Source of the DNA: an uncultured delta proteobacterium
GTDB taxonomy: Bacteria > Desulfobacterota > BSN033 > UBA1163
NCBI GenBank assembly: GCA_963711845.1
Contig: CAVQFR010000014.1
Coordinates: 73,644 to 137,643, forward strand
Length of the DNA: 64,000 nt
Direction: 5' to 3'
Shown here one piece after another: positions 1 to 8,926 of this stretch. The first letter of the stretch is position 1; every line of letters begins with the position of its first letter. The translations under genes were made by a program, and so were the position numbers. Below the pieces are notes generated by a model. That model was not told the DNA's origin. It saw nothing but the letters and a program-made list of their open reading frames with translations, and did no database searches.

Positions 1-185
1 TCCAGGAAGTTTTCATTCGCCATCGTCTTCAGGCCCGATTGGATCAGGTACGAAGCCCTGTTGAGAGCTTCTCGGGAAATATCGACTAAGGAAACCTGAA
101 ACCCTCCTTGGGCGAAAATCTGTGCCATGCCGTAACCCATGACGCCAGCCCCAACAACAACAACCTTTTGGTTTTTCTCCTTCAT
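1..185 (-). CDS. 3-hydroxyacyl-CoA dehydrogenase, N-terminal part (gene continues past window start)
   Basis: Manual minus-strand translation from ATG at 185-183 gives MKEKNQKVVVVGAGVMGYGMAQIFAQGGFQVSLVDI..., a GxGxxG Rossmann N-terminus typical of 3-hydroxybutyryl/acyl-CoA dehydrogenases; absent from ORF track because truncated by the window edge. Confidence 0.7.
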   Translation of the reverse strand, partial: MKEKNQKVVVVGAGVMGYGMAQIFAQGGFQVSLVDISREALNRASYLIQSGLKTMANENFL

Positions 186-207
186 CGGTCTATCCCCTAG
201 TCATCAT

Positions 208-549
208 TTAGTCTAGTTTGACGATGATGACTAACATTGTCGCCGGCTCCGTTCCAACCGTCTCGATACTTCGCTCTTCTCCAGGGGGAATATAGAGCAC
301 ATCGCCGGGGCCAAGCAGGTATTCGTCTTTGTTCTTGCCTCTTACCAACAAAGCGCCCGATATGCCGCAATAGACCCGTTCCGTGGGAGAAGCGTACATT
401 TCAGCTCCGCCCCCGGGGAGGAAATGGGAAACGCTTACATGAAGTCGCCGGCTACCATCTTCTTGACTAACTTTTGTAATCCCGCTCTGGCCAAAGTGCT
501 GTTTAGCCTGTTTCGGCGGTTGGCCTTGATCTTTTTTAATCAGCTTCAT
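208..549 (-). CDS. cupin-domain protein
   Basis: 113-aa ORF with small beta-barrel cupin-like sequence (GDVLYIPPGEE...HVSVSHFLPGGG); same strand and tight spacing with flanking catabolic genes. Confidence 0.55.
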   Translation of the reverse strand: MKLIKKDQGQPPKQAKQHFGQSGITKVSQEDGSRRLHVSVSHFLPGGGAEMYASPTERVYCGISGALLVRGKNKDEYLLGPGDVLYIPPGEERSIETVGTEPATMLVIIVKLD

Positions 550-590
550 TTCGTCACCTCACTTCAAATTCTTTCTCTTCGCTGTAGGTT

Positions 591-1361
591 CTAACCAATC
601 GCTGTCATCCCGCCGTCGAGGTAGATGATCTGGCCCGTGATAAAATCTGAAGCCGGGCAAGCGAGAAAAACAAAAGTGCCCGCGACCTCTTTCGGGTCGG
701 CAACCCGTTTCAGTGGCACGTTACCGAGGTATCTTTGAATCTGCTCTGGAGAGCGTGTCGCGAAAACTTCTGGTTTGGCAACCAAAGAAGGAGCGACAGC
801 ATTCACTTTAATATTATACTGAGCCCATTCCGAAGCCAGTGCCCGCGTCATCATGTCCAGGGCTCCTTTCGAAGCGCAGTAGCCCAGGTTTCCTCCCCAG
901 AGAGTGGCTCGAGAGCCCCTGACGGAAGACAGGTTGATGATTTTTCCCTTCTTGTTTTTTATCATGATTTTGCCAAACTCCCGGCAACAGAACATGACGC
1001 CTTTTACGTTGAGATCAAACAGAGAATCCCAGACATCCGCGGGGAACTCGTCGGCCGGCCTCTTTGTGGCCGACCCGTAGGCATTGACCAGTATATCTAC
1101 GGTGCCAAAGGCCGAGACAACTTCCCTCGCCAGATTAATGATACTCTCTTCATTGTTGGCATCCCCCTGAAGACAAGCGACCTTCACTCCAGTGTCTGCT
1201 TCGATTTTTTTGGCCGCATCCTGTAATTTCTGCATACCTCGACTGGCGATCACGACCTTCGCGCCCTGCTCTGCCATTCCAGCAGCTATCGCGCCGCCGA
1301 TAGCTCCTCCCCCGCCGATAATCACGGCTACTTTGCCGTCCAATCTGAACAGATCACCCAT
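591..1361 (-). CDS. short-chain dehydrogenase/reductase (SDR) family oxidoreductase
   Basis: 256-aa ORF; N-terminal glycine-rich NAD(P)-binding motif (VAVIIGGGGAIGGAIA), NAYG and catalytic Y-x3-K (YCASK). Confidence 0.85.
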   Translation of the reverse strand: MGDLFRLDGKVAVIIGGGGAIGGAIAAGMAEQGAKVVIASRGMQKLQDAAKKIEADTGVKVACLQGDANNEESIINLAREVVSAFGTVDILVNAYGSATKRPADEFPADVWDSLFDLNVKGVMFCCREFGKIMIKNKKGKIINLSSVRGSRATLWGGNLGYCASKGALDMMTRALASEWAQYNIKVNAVAPSLVAKPEVFATRSPEQIQRYLGNVPLKRVADPKEVAGTFVFLACPASDFITGQIIYLDGGMTAIG

Positions 1362-1399
1362 GATTTCTTTCTCCTCCTTTCGCGTATAAGCCTCTGGGT

Positions 1400-2278
1400 T
1401 CAGGCTTTGAGAAGCTTGAGCCCCAGTATCCTGCGTGTCTCATCCGGTGTTGCCGGTTGCTTGCCTAACTCCTGTGCGAATCTGACTGCCCGGGCCACTA
1501 ACTGAGCATTACTCTCAGCAGGTTCTCCCTTTCTGTAAAAAAGGCTGTCTTCAAATCCTACCCGGATAGCCCCACCTAAAATCATCCCGATTGTTGTAAT
1601 GGGAAATTGAGCCTTGCCGGTTGCCAACACACTCCACAGGGTATCCTGGGGCTCCGGAAGATCATCGATAAACCACGTCAGGTGCTTCGGGGTAGCGTCT
1701 ATCCCCCCATGGTACTTATGGCCAAGCACAAATTCCACATAGTAAGGCTTGTCCAAGAACCCTTTTTCAATCAAGTTTCTCACCTCACGAAGGTTTCCGG
1801 GGTTAAACACCTCCATGGATGGTTTAACCCCCGCCTCCTTCATTTTCCCGGCCCAATCTTCAAGAGTGTCACCATATCGAATTGTATACGTGCCTTTATA
1901 GGGGCCGGAGTTTCGTACCATGGTGCCCATGTCCAGTGATGCCATCTCGGGTTTCGGGTCAGCCTGCAAGCAGAGAATCCTATCCTCGACGGGAACCTGG
2001 GGACCAGTGCCTGTCGTGTCTTGAATGATGATATCGCAACCCAGTTCTCTTATCTTGCTGTGTATCTCACTATAGACCTTCGGATCCCCGGTCGGAATTC
2101 CATTCTTATCACGGGCATGGATATGCAGGATGGATGCCCCTTCTTTCCAGCACTCACAGGCTGCTCTTGCGATCTCATCCGGTTGTTCCGGAACATTTGT
2201 ATTCCGTTCTTTCGTGCGAGCCACTCCACCAGTCGTGGCCACCGTAATGATGACTTTATCTTCAGGTAATATCGCCAT
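1400..2278 (-). CDS. beta-keto acid cleavage enzyme (BKACE / 3-keto-5-aminohexanoate cleavage enzyme family, DUF849)
   Basis: ORF 1400..2335; sequence KVIITVATTGG...ILHIHARD...VEFVLG resembles BKACE TIM-barrel family; likely true start at internal Met (MAILPEDKVIIT) at 2278. Confidence 0.75.
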   Translation of the reverse strand: MAILPEDKVIITVATTGGVARTKERNTNVPEQPDEIARAACECWKEGASILHIHARDKNGIPTGDPKVYSEIHSKIRELGCDIIIQDTTGTGPQVPVEDRILCLQADPKPEMASLDMGTMVRNSGPYKGTYTIRYGDTLEDWAGKMKEAGVKPSMEVFNPGNLREVRNLIEKGFLDKPYYVEFVLGHKYHGGIDATPKHLTWFIDDLPEPQDTLWSVLATGKAQFPITTIGMILGGAIRVGFEDSLFYRKGEPAESNAQLVARAVRFAQELGKQPATPDETRRILGLKLLKA

Positions 2279-2386
2279 TTGACTATTCCTCCAGGATCGC
2301 CACGAGCCGAACCATAGACCCGTCCCCTCCCTCAACCCGGAGGGAAAAAGCCGCGATTGTGTATCGAATTCCAGTCACCTCTAACA

Positions 2387-3094
2387 TCAGGGTCTTGTCA
2401 GTTCAATCTTGAATTTGTAAAGGTCAGGGCGGCAATAGCTAATACTCATGAAGACAGGAGTCCGGTTCCTGGCATAGTATTGTCGCTCAATGACGTAAAC
2501 GGGGGCCCTTTTCTCAATGGAAAGATATTTCGAAATTCTTGCATCTGCTAATGCAACAGTCATGCTTTGGAAGGCATGGTGAACCTTGGTTTTAGATTTC
2601 TCTTCGACAAGAAGAATAATTTCGGTAGTTTCTTTAATTTCACTCCGAGAAATCATTTTCCCTAAATGAGGGGGTAAATAAAGGACCGAGTAGCGGGTCG
2701 CACCTTTTGAAGATGAGAAGACTACCTCCATCTGGAAAACCATCTGCCTCGTCCCTGTTTGGAGGAATTTTGCCACAAAGGGAGGGGGGATTGCTTCCTT
2801 ATATTCCAAAACTTTTATTCTTCCTTCCCGAGCCGACGCGATGAGGTTTTCAATTGTTCCCTTATATCTCAAATGTCTCAGTCCCACTTCCTCGCTTACA
2901 AACGTCCCCTTTCCGCGAATTCGGTATATCAACCCCTCATTGATAAGCTCCAATAGTGCCTGACGAACTGTACCCCGACTGACATGATATTCTTGAGATA
3001 GGTCGATTTCTGATGGGACAAGATCCCCTGCCTTGAGTTCATTAGAGAGAATCCTAGCCCTGAGGATGCTTTTTATTTGGAAGTAAAAAGGCAT
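2387..3094 (-). CDS. GntR/HutC-family transcriptional regulator (wHTH plus UTRA effector domain)
   Basis: N-terminal GntR HTH signature (LPSEIDLSQEYHVSRGTVRQALLELINEGLIYRIRGKGTFV) followed by UTRA-like C-terminal domain; heads the co-directional catabolic cluster; start probably internal Met at 3094. Confidence 0.8.
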   Translation of the reverse strand: MPFYFQIKSILRARILSNELKAGDLVPSEIDLSQEYHVSRGTVRQALLELINEGLIYRIRGKGTFVSEEVGLRHLRYKGTIENLIASAREGRIKVLEYKEAIPPPFVAKFLQTGTRQMVFQMEVVFSSSKGATRYSVLYLPPHLGKMISRSEIKETTEIILLVEEKSKTKVHHAFQSMTVALADARISKYLSIEKRAPVYVIERQYYARNRTPVFMSISYCRPDLYKFKIELTRP

Positions 3095-3239
3095 TGGGCC
3101 GTCTTCAAGTATCACGTTTCTCTCTCCTGAAAATGACTTTTGGCTCTACAAAGGTGTGCCCATTTGAACGTCACGAACCCCTGAAAATTGAGACGTGACT
3201 GATTGACTAGATGTCCATACATTACTACACCTGAAAAAA

Positions 3240-3625
3240 ATGTCAAGAAAAAAATTTATTGGAGTGCTTAAATCTTCTTCGGCTTATCGGTATGTGTTTC
3301 ATCGAAACCAGGAACCCATAAAAGATTTTCGTTGGGCATGGGATATCCGCTGCCGGCAAGCGGGCTTGAAAGGGAGCCTATTCCATGACTTCAGAAGAAC
3401 TACGGTAAGGAATATGGTCGGAGCAGGAGTCCCAAAGGAGTGGCAATGAACATCTCGGACCATAACACGCGGAGCGTGTCCGATCGCTGTAACATCGTTA
3501 ATGATCGGGACCTAATAGAAGCAGCTTTGAAGAAACAGGCTTACCATGAGAAGCAGAACGCATTAGTTGGAAGTGATCAGAAGCGGGGAGAGGTTATCCC
3601 TTTCAAACAGGCACAAAATGAGTAG
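3240..3625 (+). pseudogene. tyrosine recombinase/integrase C-terminal remnant (truncated and frameshifted)
   Basis: Two short ORFs in different frames (3240..3449, 3440..3625) together spell an integrase C-terminus: ...LFHDFRRTTVRNMVGAGVPKEW / ...ISDHNTRSVSDRCNIV...; no N-terminal/catalytic core upstream; lies immediately 3' of tRNA-Leu. Confidence 0.55.
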
Positions 3626-3726
3626 TCAAATAAATTTTAACCTTCGTGAGCACAATTTGGCACGGTCACCACAAAATTGAACAAAAAAAGGATTAGCTTC
3701 GGTCTTGCTAACCCCTTGGATATACA

Positions 3727-3815
3727 TGGTGCCTAGGGCCGGACTTGAACCGGCACGGTGGGGGGCCACCGAGGGATTTTAAGTCCCTTGCGTCTACCAA
3801 TTCCGCCACCCAGGC
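3727..3815 (-). tRNA. tRNA-Leu (anticodon UAA), long variable arm, CCA encoded
   Basis: Reverse complement reads GCCTGGGTGGCGGAATTGGTAGACGCAAGGGACTTAAAATCCCTCGG...GGTTCAAGTCCGGCCCTAGGCACCA; 7-bp acceptor stem pairs, anticodon loop CTTAAAA, T-loop GGTTCAAGTCC; closely resembles E. coli leuZ. Confidence 0.9.
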
Positions 3816-3903
3816 AGTCCTATGGGTTAATCGTCACTTCTTGGGATTCTTACTAAGGAATCCATCATTGCCCAGACCATTATCTTCAGAAAATCTCCCC
3901 TAA

Positions 3904-3949
3904 CCCCTCTTTGCCTGTCTAAAGACAGGAAAAGGATACCAAAGAGGGG
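3904..3949. other. nested palindrome (outer CCCCTCTTTG/CAAAGAGGGG enclosing CCTGTCTAAAGACAGG)
   Basis: Read directly; lies between the LVIVD gene 3' end and the tRNA-Leu 5' side. Confidence 0.4.
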
Positions 3950-4100
3950 GATTCCTCTGTCTAACCAATTATGGACTGACTAATAACCAAATTCTCGTTT
4001 AATAGAATTTATAATTCTTAGAAGATTATGTCAATAAAAAATGAAGCTTTATTGAGCAGGTTGATCATTGAAGAGTAAAGGGGACAAGAACGGAAAACTC

Positions 4101-5334
4101 TTACTTCTTATGCCTAAGAATGAAGAGCCCGTGATTCTTGTCCGTGATGTAAATATATCCCCGATTATCGACGATCACGTCTTCTGTCTGGGTGGCCAAT
4201 TCTTTGGGAAGCAGTCCCCTCTTCTTCTTGGGTGAAGCCGGGATGAAATAGGCAATAGGCCTGGGCACGCCCGGGGCAGCTGATGTCGTAAAGCCATAGG
4301 CCTCCACTCTCGTAACAGATATGGATGATGTTATCGACATCCGCAAGACAAGGTTGATGGTGGGGCATGTGGATGTTATGCGGCCCGAACTTTCCTCCGA
4401 GTTCCTGGAAATCTCGAACTCCTAATTCCTCCGGAGGAACCGGGATAGGGAAATTTGCAATTGGTTTGGGTTTCTCCTCATTTGTCATATCCACAACCAA
4501 TGCAAGGTTAAGCGGGTCCCGCTCTTCTTCGAGGATGGCCTCCGTTGTGGCGATCGCCAGTTTCCTCGACGGGATGGGCAAATAGGTGTGAGCTCCCACA
4601 ATGCTTCCAAAATCTCCGATGTCGATGCGGCCGAGTTGGCGAGGATGGGAAAGATCGGAGATGTCCAGGGTGATAAAACCGGCCCGACCATAGGGGAGAT
4701 AAGCTCTCTCTCCTATCACATACGGCGGACCATGGAGTTGATAGAAGCGATCCGCCTTTTCGCCTCCCTCTTCCCATTGTCCTTTAAACCACCACCGTGA
4801 AACCTCTTTGGGGTGGGTCGGATCGCTTATATCCACAGCAACAAAGATGTTTCCTTTATAACCCTTCATGTTGGCCGCAAGATACGCATATTTTCCACCT
4901 GAATAAAAGTTACGGTGGGTTCCAAAGCCTCCGGTTTCAAAAGAGCCCAGTCGCTTGGGATCCGTCGGATTCTTAACATCCCAGATCAGGATGCCTTCAC
5001 CGAAAGGCAGAGAGGGATCGTGTCCCCAGATATCGTTCCGACCCAGGATCCCATCCCCGATTCTCTCCAGAGCGGTGACCATCTTCCCCTGGGCCACCTG
5101 AACTTGTAATGTCCATGTATTGGCCGGACCGGGGATGAATTTGAGAAGCTCGGGTCGAGAGGGACGGGTGATATCCATGATGGTCCAGCCGCGGTGCCAG
5201 AAATGGCCGATATACAAGTACCAGCGGCCCTCCACTTCCTGAATCGCCATCTTGAATCCAGGCCTTTCGTCGAGGTCATGGTATGCGACCGTCTCCATGT
5301 TCTTGCTGATAAAACCCGGACTCTCACTCATCAC
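4101..5334 (-). CDS. LVIVD-repeat beta-propeller protein (apparent frameshift near 3' end)
   Basis: 389-aa ORF with about six repeats of hydrophobic-D-hydrophobic-SDP-x-x-P pattern (ILIWDVKNPTDP, FVAVDISDPTHP, FITLDISDLSHP, LALVVDMTNEEKP, LWLYDIS); final repeat continues in another frame in ORF 4101..4346 (...DVIVDNRGYIYITDKNHGLFIL). Confidence 0.6.
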
Positions 5335-5525
5335 TCACACTCCCACTAAGACTAATTCCCCCACTAGCAGGTTGTTGAAAAAGAGACTATTTCTCAGGCT
5401 GCTCAAAAATGCCCAGATGCAAGGCTCCCGAAATCCTGAGGAATGAGGCGTACTTGGAGGTACGCCGCAATGACGAAGGATGAGGGAAACGAAGCAGATG
5501 GGCGTTTTTCAGCAGCCTGCTAGAT

Positions 5526-6695
5526 TCAAGGGAGTCTCTGTCTAACTCCTCTGATGATATCGACCACATTATTCTGCATCTTTCCATCTTTGATATCTGC
5601 CACACAGATATAAAGGTCGGCGATCACTTGCCCTCGCTCGTCAAAGCGGATCGGTCCCCGCGGGCTGTTCAGGGAGACCTTGGAAATGGCCGCCAGGAAT
5701 TTGTCTTTATCGGAGAGATTCCCTTTAACGCTGGTAGCGGCTGCCAGGATGACCTTGGCGGCATCATAAGCATTCACACTGGGCAACGACGGGTCGGTAT
5801 TAAATTTGGCTCGAAAAGCGGCCACGAACTTCTTATTTTCGGGAAGATCGATGGTCGGTGTGTACGGAGTGACCACCGTATTCCCTTTGATAAAATCCTT
5901 GATCGAATCCATGATCGTTTCTTCATTGATGCCGATCCAGCCGGTCAGGGGTATCTTATCCTTGAGACCGAAGTCCACGTATTGGGAATCAAATTTCACT
6001 GCATCCGCGCCCGCATACCAGGCATATACCGCATCGATATCCCTTCTCATCTGCGAAAGGTAAGGCCCGAAATCAGGCGTATTCATCGGCGTGTAGACCT
6101 CCTGAAGAATCTGCCCTCCCATCTGCTCAAAGCCTTTTTTGAAAGCAGCCACCGAATCACGGCCTGCCGGAAAATCAATGCCAAACCCAACCATTTTACG
6201 ATATCCTTTTTTCTTATAAAGCCACTCCGCAAAGGGGAAATTCGCCTGGCTCGGTATCACCTGGAGGCGAAACGTATACTTGTTGGCCAGGGGCGGAAGC
6301 GTCAGATTCTCCGGCATGGCCAGGGGTACAATCCAGGGAACCTTCTGTTGGACAACGTAGTCCCTCATGGCCACGGCAGCAGCAGCGTTGACAGGCCCCA
6401 TCAGGACATCGATATGGTCCTTCTCCACCAGTTTCTGGGTCTTGGTCAGTGCAATGGCCGGTGACATGACCTCGTCTTCTATGATAACCTTGATGGTCTT
6501 GCCGGCGACACGGTTGGACACTTCATCAAGAGCCAGGGTAAATCCTCTGATGATGTGCGTGCCCTGGAATGTCATTGGACCTGTCTGGGACGCCAGAAGA
6601 CCGATCGTGATCGATTCTTCCGCGCTGAAGGCTGCCAGAGGGAATACGAAGAGGACGATAAAAAGGATGAGTAGCGTGTGCCGGGTCTTTTTCAT
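5526..6695 (-). CDS. ABC transporter substrate-binding protein, branched-chain amino acid (LivK/Leu-Ile-Val-binding) family
   Basis: 389-aa ORF with N-terminal signal peptide (MKKTRHTLLILFIVLFVFPLAAFSA) and type-I periplasmic binding protein fold sequence; divergent from permease/ATPase genes. Confidence 0.85.
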   Translation of the reverse strand: MKKTRHTLLILFIVLFVFPLAAFSAEESITIGLLASQTGPMTFQGTHIIRGFTLALDEVSNRVAGKTIKVIIEDEVMSPAIALTKTQKLVEKDHIDVLMGPVNAAAAVAMRDYVVQQKVPWIVPLAMPENLTLPPLANKYTFRLQVIPSQANFPFAEWLYKKKGYRKMVGFGIDFPAGRDSVAAFKKGFEQMGGQILQEVYTPMNTPDFGPYLSQMRRDIDAVYAWYAGADAVKFDSQYVDFGLKDKIPLTGWIGINEETIMDSIKDFIKGNTVVTPYTPTIDLPENKKFVAAFRAKFNTDPSLPSVNAYDAAKVILAAATSVKGNLSDKDKFLAAISKVSLNSPRGPIRFDERGQVIADLYICVADIKDGKMQNNVVDIIRGVRQRLP

Positions 6696-6846
6696 ACTGA
6701 CTCCTTTCTCTATTTTGTGATCATCTGAATTCGGTATACCCCTTTCCTCTCCGTGGTGAAATGAGAAGAAGGATTTACAATGAACTAAAATTATATTAAA
6801 CCCATGTCTGTGTCAAGATGTCCGCACCAGATAATCCATAATCGTC

Positions 6847-6867
6847 ATCCTGAACTTGTTTCAGGAT
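6847..6867. promoter_or_regulatory. candidate operator palindrome ATCCTGAA-N5-TTCAGGAT
   Basis: Perfect 8-5-8 inverted repeat in the divergent promoter region between the binding-protein gene and permease gene. Confidence 0.4.
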
Positions 6868-6890
6868 CTATGGGTTATCGAAAATGAGAG

Positions 6891-6911
6891 ATGCTGAAAA
6901 AATTTCAGCAT
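6891..6911. promoter_or_regulatory. candidate operator palindrome ATGCTGAAA-AAA-TTTCAGCAT
   Basis: Perfect 9-3-9 inverted repeat, shares CTGAA/TTCAG half-sites with the palindrome at 6847..6867. Confidence 0.4.
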
Positions 6912-7030
6912 GACAGGGATATCGTTAAGGTTTTGAAATTCGATTACGGATTATGTCCGGATGAAATCTTCTTGATTTTAACTCTCCCTCGATATACCAT
7001 GCATCTAATTCTGGAACAACCCCTTAAGTC

Positions 7031-8926
7031 ATGATCTCCTACTGGCTCACGCATATCGTTAACGGACTCTCCTTCGGCATGCTCCTTTTTGTCCTGGCCG
7101 CAGGGCTATCGCTCATTTTCGGGTTATGCCGGATCGTCAACCTGTCCCATGGTTCTTTCTACCTGTTGGGAGGGTATATTGGATTCTCAACGGTTCGCTT
7201 GACCGGAAATTTTCCCCTTGCCGTCCTCCTCGCCATGCTCTCCATGGCCGTTCTGGGAATACTGACGGAACGCATTCTCCTTCGCCGGTTCCGGGTCAAG
7301 CCCCTGGCCCAGGTGTTGTTGACCTTCGGTCTTATCTTCGTTTTTCAGGACGCGGCCATATGGATATGGGGAGGAACGCCTGTCCTGTTGAAGAAACTTC
7401 CTATCCTCACCGGCGCGACGAACCTCTTCGGTTTTTACTATCCGACCTACAGACTTCTCATCCTGTTGATCGGGTTGGTCATCCTTTTCTTTCTCTGGTG
7501 GCTCCTGATACGCACCCGGCTGGGCATCTTCATCCGGGCGGCGGTTGACGACGGAGAAATGGCGAATGGGGTCGGGATTCGCATGAATCTTCTCATGACC
7601 ATGGCCTTCGGTTTTGGCACCCTGTTGACAGGACTGGCCGGGAGTATCGGGGCGCCCTTTCTGGGGGTCTATCCCGGTCTGGATATCGAGGTGCTGCTCT
7701 ATGCGATGGCCGTGGTCATCGTCGGCGGTCTGGGCAGCTTGAAGGGCTCTTTCCTGGGCGCCCTCATGGTTGGCTTAGTCGACTCGATGGCCAAGGCCCT
7801 CTGGCCGGAGACGGGCATGTTTTCGATGTTTGCCCTGATGGCCATCGTATTGATTCTGAAACCTACCGGTCTTTTCGGCCTTCCCATTGCACCCATCAGC
7901 CAGGCATCGGTGTCGGAGGAGATCTTTCTTGAAGCGATTCCTTCAGGCGCCGGACATCCGTTGGGGTGGAGACGGAGGGCGTTGATCCATCCCTCATTCA
8001 TCTGGATCATGACGGCCTGTCTGGTGGCTGCAGGCCTGCTCTGTCCGATCATTCTTTCTACATACTACGTCAGACTGTTTACCCTGGCCTTGATTTGGGC
8101 GATCTTTGCCATGAGCCTCGATCTCATTCTCGGCCTGGGAGGAATCATCTCTCTCGGCCATGCGGTATTTTTCGGAATCTCTGCCTACACGATCGGATTG
8201 GCAGCTCGGTTCTTAACGCCCAATCTTTTCCTCCAGATCGGCCTAGCTCTGTTCGTCTCTGCCTTCGCTGCCCTGGTGTTGGGATGGCTTCTGCTCAGGA
8301 GTCGCGGGGTCTATTTCATGATGTTGACCATCGCCTTTTCCCAGGTCTTTCGGGCGATTGCCCATTCCTGGCGTTCCGTGACAGGCGGAGGGGATGGCCT
8401 CTCCGGTTTTGTACGGCCCATGTGGATGACTTCTGTCGAAACCTTCTACTACTTCGCCCTCTTCGTATTCATCGCCGTCTTTCTCTTCCTCCGATTTTTC
8501 GTCAAATCGCGGGTCGGAATCTCCCTGATCGGGATCCGCGAAAGTGAAAAACGCATGACGAGCCTTGGCTATCACGTAGACCACATCAAGCTTCTCTCCT
8601 TCGTCGTGTCGGGCGGCCTCGGCGGGATCGCCGGCCTCCTGAACGTCTATTTCAACGGGTACGTCAGCCCTGATTATTTTTCTGTGGATACATCCGCACA
8701 GGCCATCATCATGATCATTCTTGGCGGTGCAGGAACATTGATCGGACCCATCCTCGGATCGTTCTTCGTCATCTTCATGCAGAACATCTTGAGCGCCGTG
8801 ATGGAGCGATGGACCCTGGTCCTCGGCGTTCTCTTCATCCTGGTGGTGATCGGCGCCCCGGCAGGAATGGTGGGACTTTGGAGAAAACAATGGCACAAAT
8901 TCAGCCGGAGACAATCCCCGTCCTGA
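7031..8926 (+). CDS. branched-chain amino acid ABC transporter permease, fused LivH-LivM
   Basis: 631-aa polytopic membrane ORF; N-half LivH-like (…VNLSHGSFYLLGGYIGF…), C-half LivM-like (…LDLILGLGGIISLGHAVFFGISAYT…). Confidence 0.9.
   Translation: MISYWLTHIVNGLSFGMLLFVLAAGLSLIFGLCRIVNLSHGSFYLLGGYIGFSTVRLTGNFPLAVLLAMLSMAVLGILTERILLRRFRVKPLAQVLLTFGLIFVFQDAAIWIWGGTPVLLKKLPILTGATNLFGFYYPTYRLLILLIGLVILFFLWWLLIRTRLGIFIRAAVDDGEMANGVGIRMNLLMTMAFGFGTLLTGLAGSIGAPFLGVYPGLDIEVLLYAMAVVIVGGLGSLKGSFLGALMVGLVDSMAKALWPETGMFSMFALMAIVLILKPTGLFGLPIAPISQASVSEEIFLEAIPSGAGHPLGWRRRALIHPSFIWIMTACLVAAGLLCPIILSTYYVRLFTLALIWAIFAMSLDLILGLGGIISLGHAVFFGISAYTIGLAARFLTPNLFLQIGLALFVSAFAALVLGWLLLRSRGVYFMMLTIAFSQVFRAIAHSWRSVTGGGDGLSGFVRPMWMTSVETFYYFALFVFIAVFLFLRFFVKSRVGISLIGIRESEKRMTSLGYHVDHIKLLSFVVSGGLGGIAGLLNVYFNGYVSPDYFSVDTSAQAIIMIILGGAGTLIGPILGSFFVIFMQNILSAVMERWTLVLGVLFILVVIGAPAGMVGLWRKQWHKFSRRQSPS

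Noticed and set aside
735-1226. 163-aa plus-strand ORF
   Set aside because: Antisense shadow of the well-supported SDR gene (591..1361); no motifs
5628-6464. 278-aa plus-strand ORF
   Set aside because: Antisense to the substrate-binding protein gene; arginine/glycine-rich shadow-ORF composition
8243-8914. 223-aa minus-strand ORF
   Set aside because: Antisense to the LivHM permease; acidic low-complexity translation typical of a reverse-frame artefact
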